A DNA stretch of 64,000 nucleotides. Origin: Mobula birostris (lineage: Eukaryota). The DNA lies in the NCBI RefSeq assembly GCF_030028105.1, contig NC_092397.1, positions 22,454,630-22,518,629 of the forward strand, in the 5' to 3' direction. The position numbers were made by a program, and so were the translations under genes. Positions within the stretch are counted from its first letter, which is position 1. Each line of letters opens with the position of its first letter. This document shows, piece by piece, positions 61,930 to 64,000 of the stretch. A model generated the notes under the pieces. The model saw nothing but the letters and a program-made list of their open reading frames with translations. It was not told where the DNA came from and searched no databases.

Positions 61930-63700
61930 CATACCCCTTCATGACTCACTTTCCAGCGGGCTCTTCTCCTGGGTAAGCATCAATGTAAAGTATTCATTCT
62001 GTATCTCGCTTGCTAACTCTGGATCCAGGCAAAAACTCCCTCCTTTGTCCTTGAGTGTCCCTGCCGTTCCGTAGTGCTCTGTTGTTTTCAGTATACAGTA
62101 TGTGTGAAATGTCTTGGCATTCTCTTTCACCCTCCTCACTCAGGACATATCCTGGTCACGGTTCACTCTCCTGATTTGCAGCAGGATTGGTTTCTTGTTT
62201 CCTTTATAGCCCTGTAGAACCGTCGAATTTCAGCTGCTAAAACGACAATATGACCCCTTTCTTTTTTTTCACTAAATGCAATATCTCTCATCACCGTGAG
62301 CTCCTGAATATCAGCATCATTCTTTACCTTCCTCACAAGGACAGAGAAGTCCTTGGTTCTGACAGCTGGACTGTAAGTGACTCTCACATGTCAGACATGG
62401 ACTTAACCAGCAACTTCATCTCCCAGAATACTCTATATGATTCCTGTCCAATGCTGCTGTACTTAGCTTTCCGCAAATTCCATTCATTCCCCTGCAGGTC
62501 CTGCCTTATCTTCATCACTAACCATCTGAAAACCTCCAGAATTGTAATCCTTAAATCTTTCCCAATGAAACTCCAAACATTTCACTAGGCTCACTTCCCA
62601 ATATTAAGCCAAGTATATCCCTCGCCCTGGTGGACCATCGACATACTGTTTCAGGGAACCTTCTTGATCACTCCTAACAAATAATGTCCAACCAAGTCTG
62701 ACACTGCAATGGGGTCTCAGTCATTTTGAGATAATTATTCACTCACTGTAGCTATCTATTCATTTTACATCAGCCTATAACCTGACGACATGTCTGTTTC
62801 TTTCTCTTACTGGATATAGGACCCTTCGTGTAATCTATGCACAGTGATTGCACCTTTCTTATTCCTGAGTTCTACTCACATTGTCTTACTCGATGAGCCT
62901 CTGGGATGACCTGGACCTTGTGACATTTTGTCTGATCAGTAGTGCAGCTCCCCAACCTGTTTTACCTCCCTCTGGACTGTCTGAATGATCTGAATCCTGG
63001 AATGTTGAGCTGTGCGTACTACACTTCTCTCAGCCATATCTCTGTAATGGCTGAATCACCGTGCCATGTACTAATCCAGGCTCTACGTACGTCTGCCTCA
63101 ACTGATCTCCACCCTGCACTGATATAAACACGCTTCAGCCACTTCGGTGCCACCGTGCTCTTTAACGTGGCTCCCTCTGGACTTGTTTTTTGTGTTCCTC
63201 GACCTCGTGGCTACCTTCTGCTCAATGCTACTTTCAGACCTATAGCTCTGATTTCCAGCACCACTCACAGCCCCGCGCCTCCGTCCATCGCTTCCACATG
63301 TTAAACTCTACCAGGGTAGCCCCAGCAAACCTCTCTGTGTGAATATTAGTTCCTCACTGTCCTTACACCAGTCTCACTTATCCTGGAAGAGAGCCCAGTA
63401 CCCGATGCCCTCCCTCCAGCACCAGATTGCTAGCTACACATTTAACTGCACGACCTTACAATCACTTAACTCACAAGGAAATAATCCAGAGATCACCACC
63501 AGAAGGTTCTAACTTCTGATCTTTCTGCTCAGCTCCCTGAATTCTTTTTGCAGGACTTTGTCTCTCTGTTGTGAGTTCAAATGCACCACAAACTCTCGCT
63601 GCTCACCCTGCCCTTTCTGAATGGCCTGTACCTTCTCAGAAACTTCCTTGGACCTGGCATGATGGAGGTACCACACATCCTACAATCTCACTCATGTCTA
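61930..63700 (-). mobile_element. Very old CR1 remnant (ORF1 esterase to APE region)
   Basis: RRVKENAKTF..Y, GTLKDKGG..CL...EI.NEYF; ORF1-like mpg.rkfl stretch near 63630-63670. Confidence 0.6.
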
Positions 63701-63751
63701 CAGATGCTCCTGTTTGGGTACCACCACACCCCCACCCCACCGGGTGAAGTC

Positions 63752-63868
63752 TTTGCTGAAAGTGATTCAGATCCTTCCATCCCCTGTATATTTGCTGAAA
63801 GTGATTCAGATCCTTCCATCCCCTGTATATTTGCTGAAAGTGATTCAGATCCTTCCATCCCCTGTATA
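63752..63868. repeat. Perfect 39-bp tandem repeat, 3 copies
   Basis: (tttgctgaaagtgattcagatccttccatcccctgtata)x3. Confidence 0.95.
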
Positions 63869-64000
63869 TTCATATGCTTATCTAATAGCCTCAGCTCAGG
63901 GTATTTGCATATGGATTCTCAAACAAAGGATACACAGCACGCGTCTTAAATAATAATATTTTATTAGAACCAGCACATTTTCAATGCAGAAAGAAAAAAA

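Noticed and set aside
60682-63868. Tandem repeats as possible CRISPR-like arrays
   Set aside because: Units are contiguous with no unique spacers, there are no cas genes, and the context is vertebrate

Overview
Eukaryotic, repeat-saturated genomic DNA. The repeat families (CR1, Rex1/Babar-like, Penelope pLTRs) and the GPR139-like receptor point to a cartilaginous fish, probably a ray; this is inference, not a database result. The only intact protein gene is a replication-dependent histone H4 at 378-689 (-). A two-exon GPR139/GPR142-like GPCR pseudogene lies at 51574-53346. The middle of the window is a tRNA module (Asp/Gly/Asn/iMet) present three times: a direct segmental duplication (about 18618-27296 and 36401-45170) and an older inverted copy (about 28.1-31.2 kb), with reciprocal loss of individual tRNAs. 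Signals the ORF track does not show: minimal hammerhead ribozymes in Penelope pLTRs and in small hairpin-shaped Penelope derivatives, a tRNA-Gly with a CCC anticodon on a Gly-TCC body, a tRNA-Gln relic with an amber (CTA) anticodon, a decayed retroviral env, and an orphan motif-dense Pol II promoter. Nearly all other ORFs are decayed transposon frames or noise. I see no evidence of a wholly new multi-gene system. TE boundaries are approximate, read by eye.
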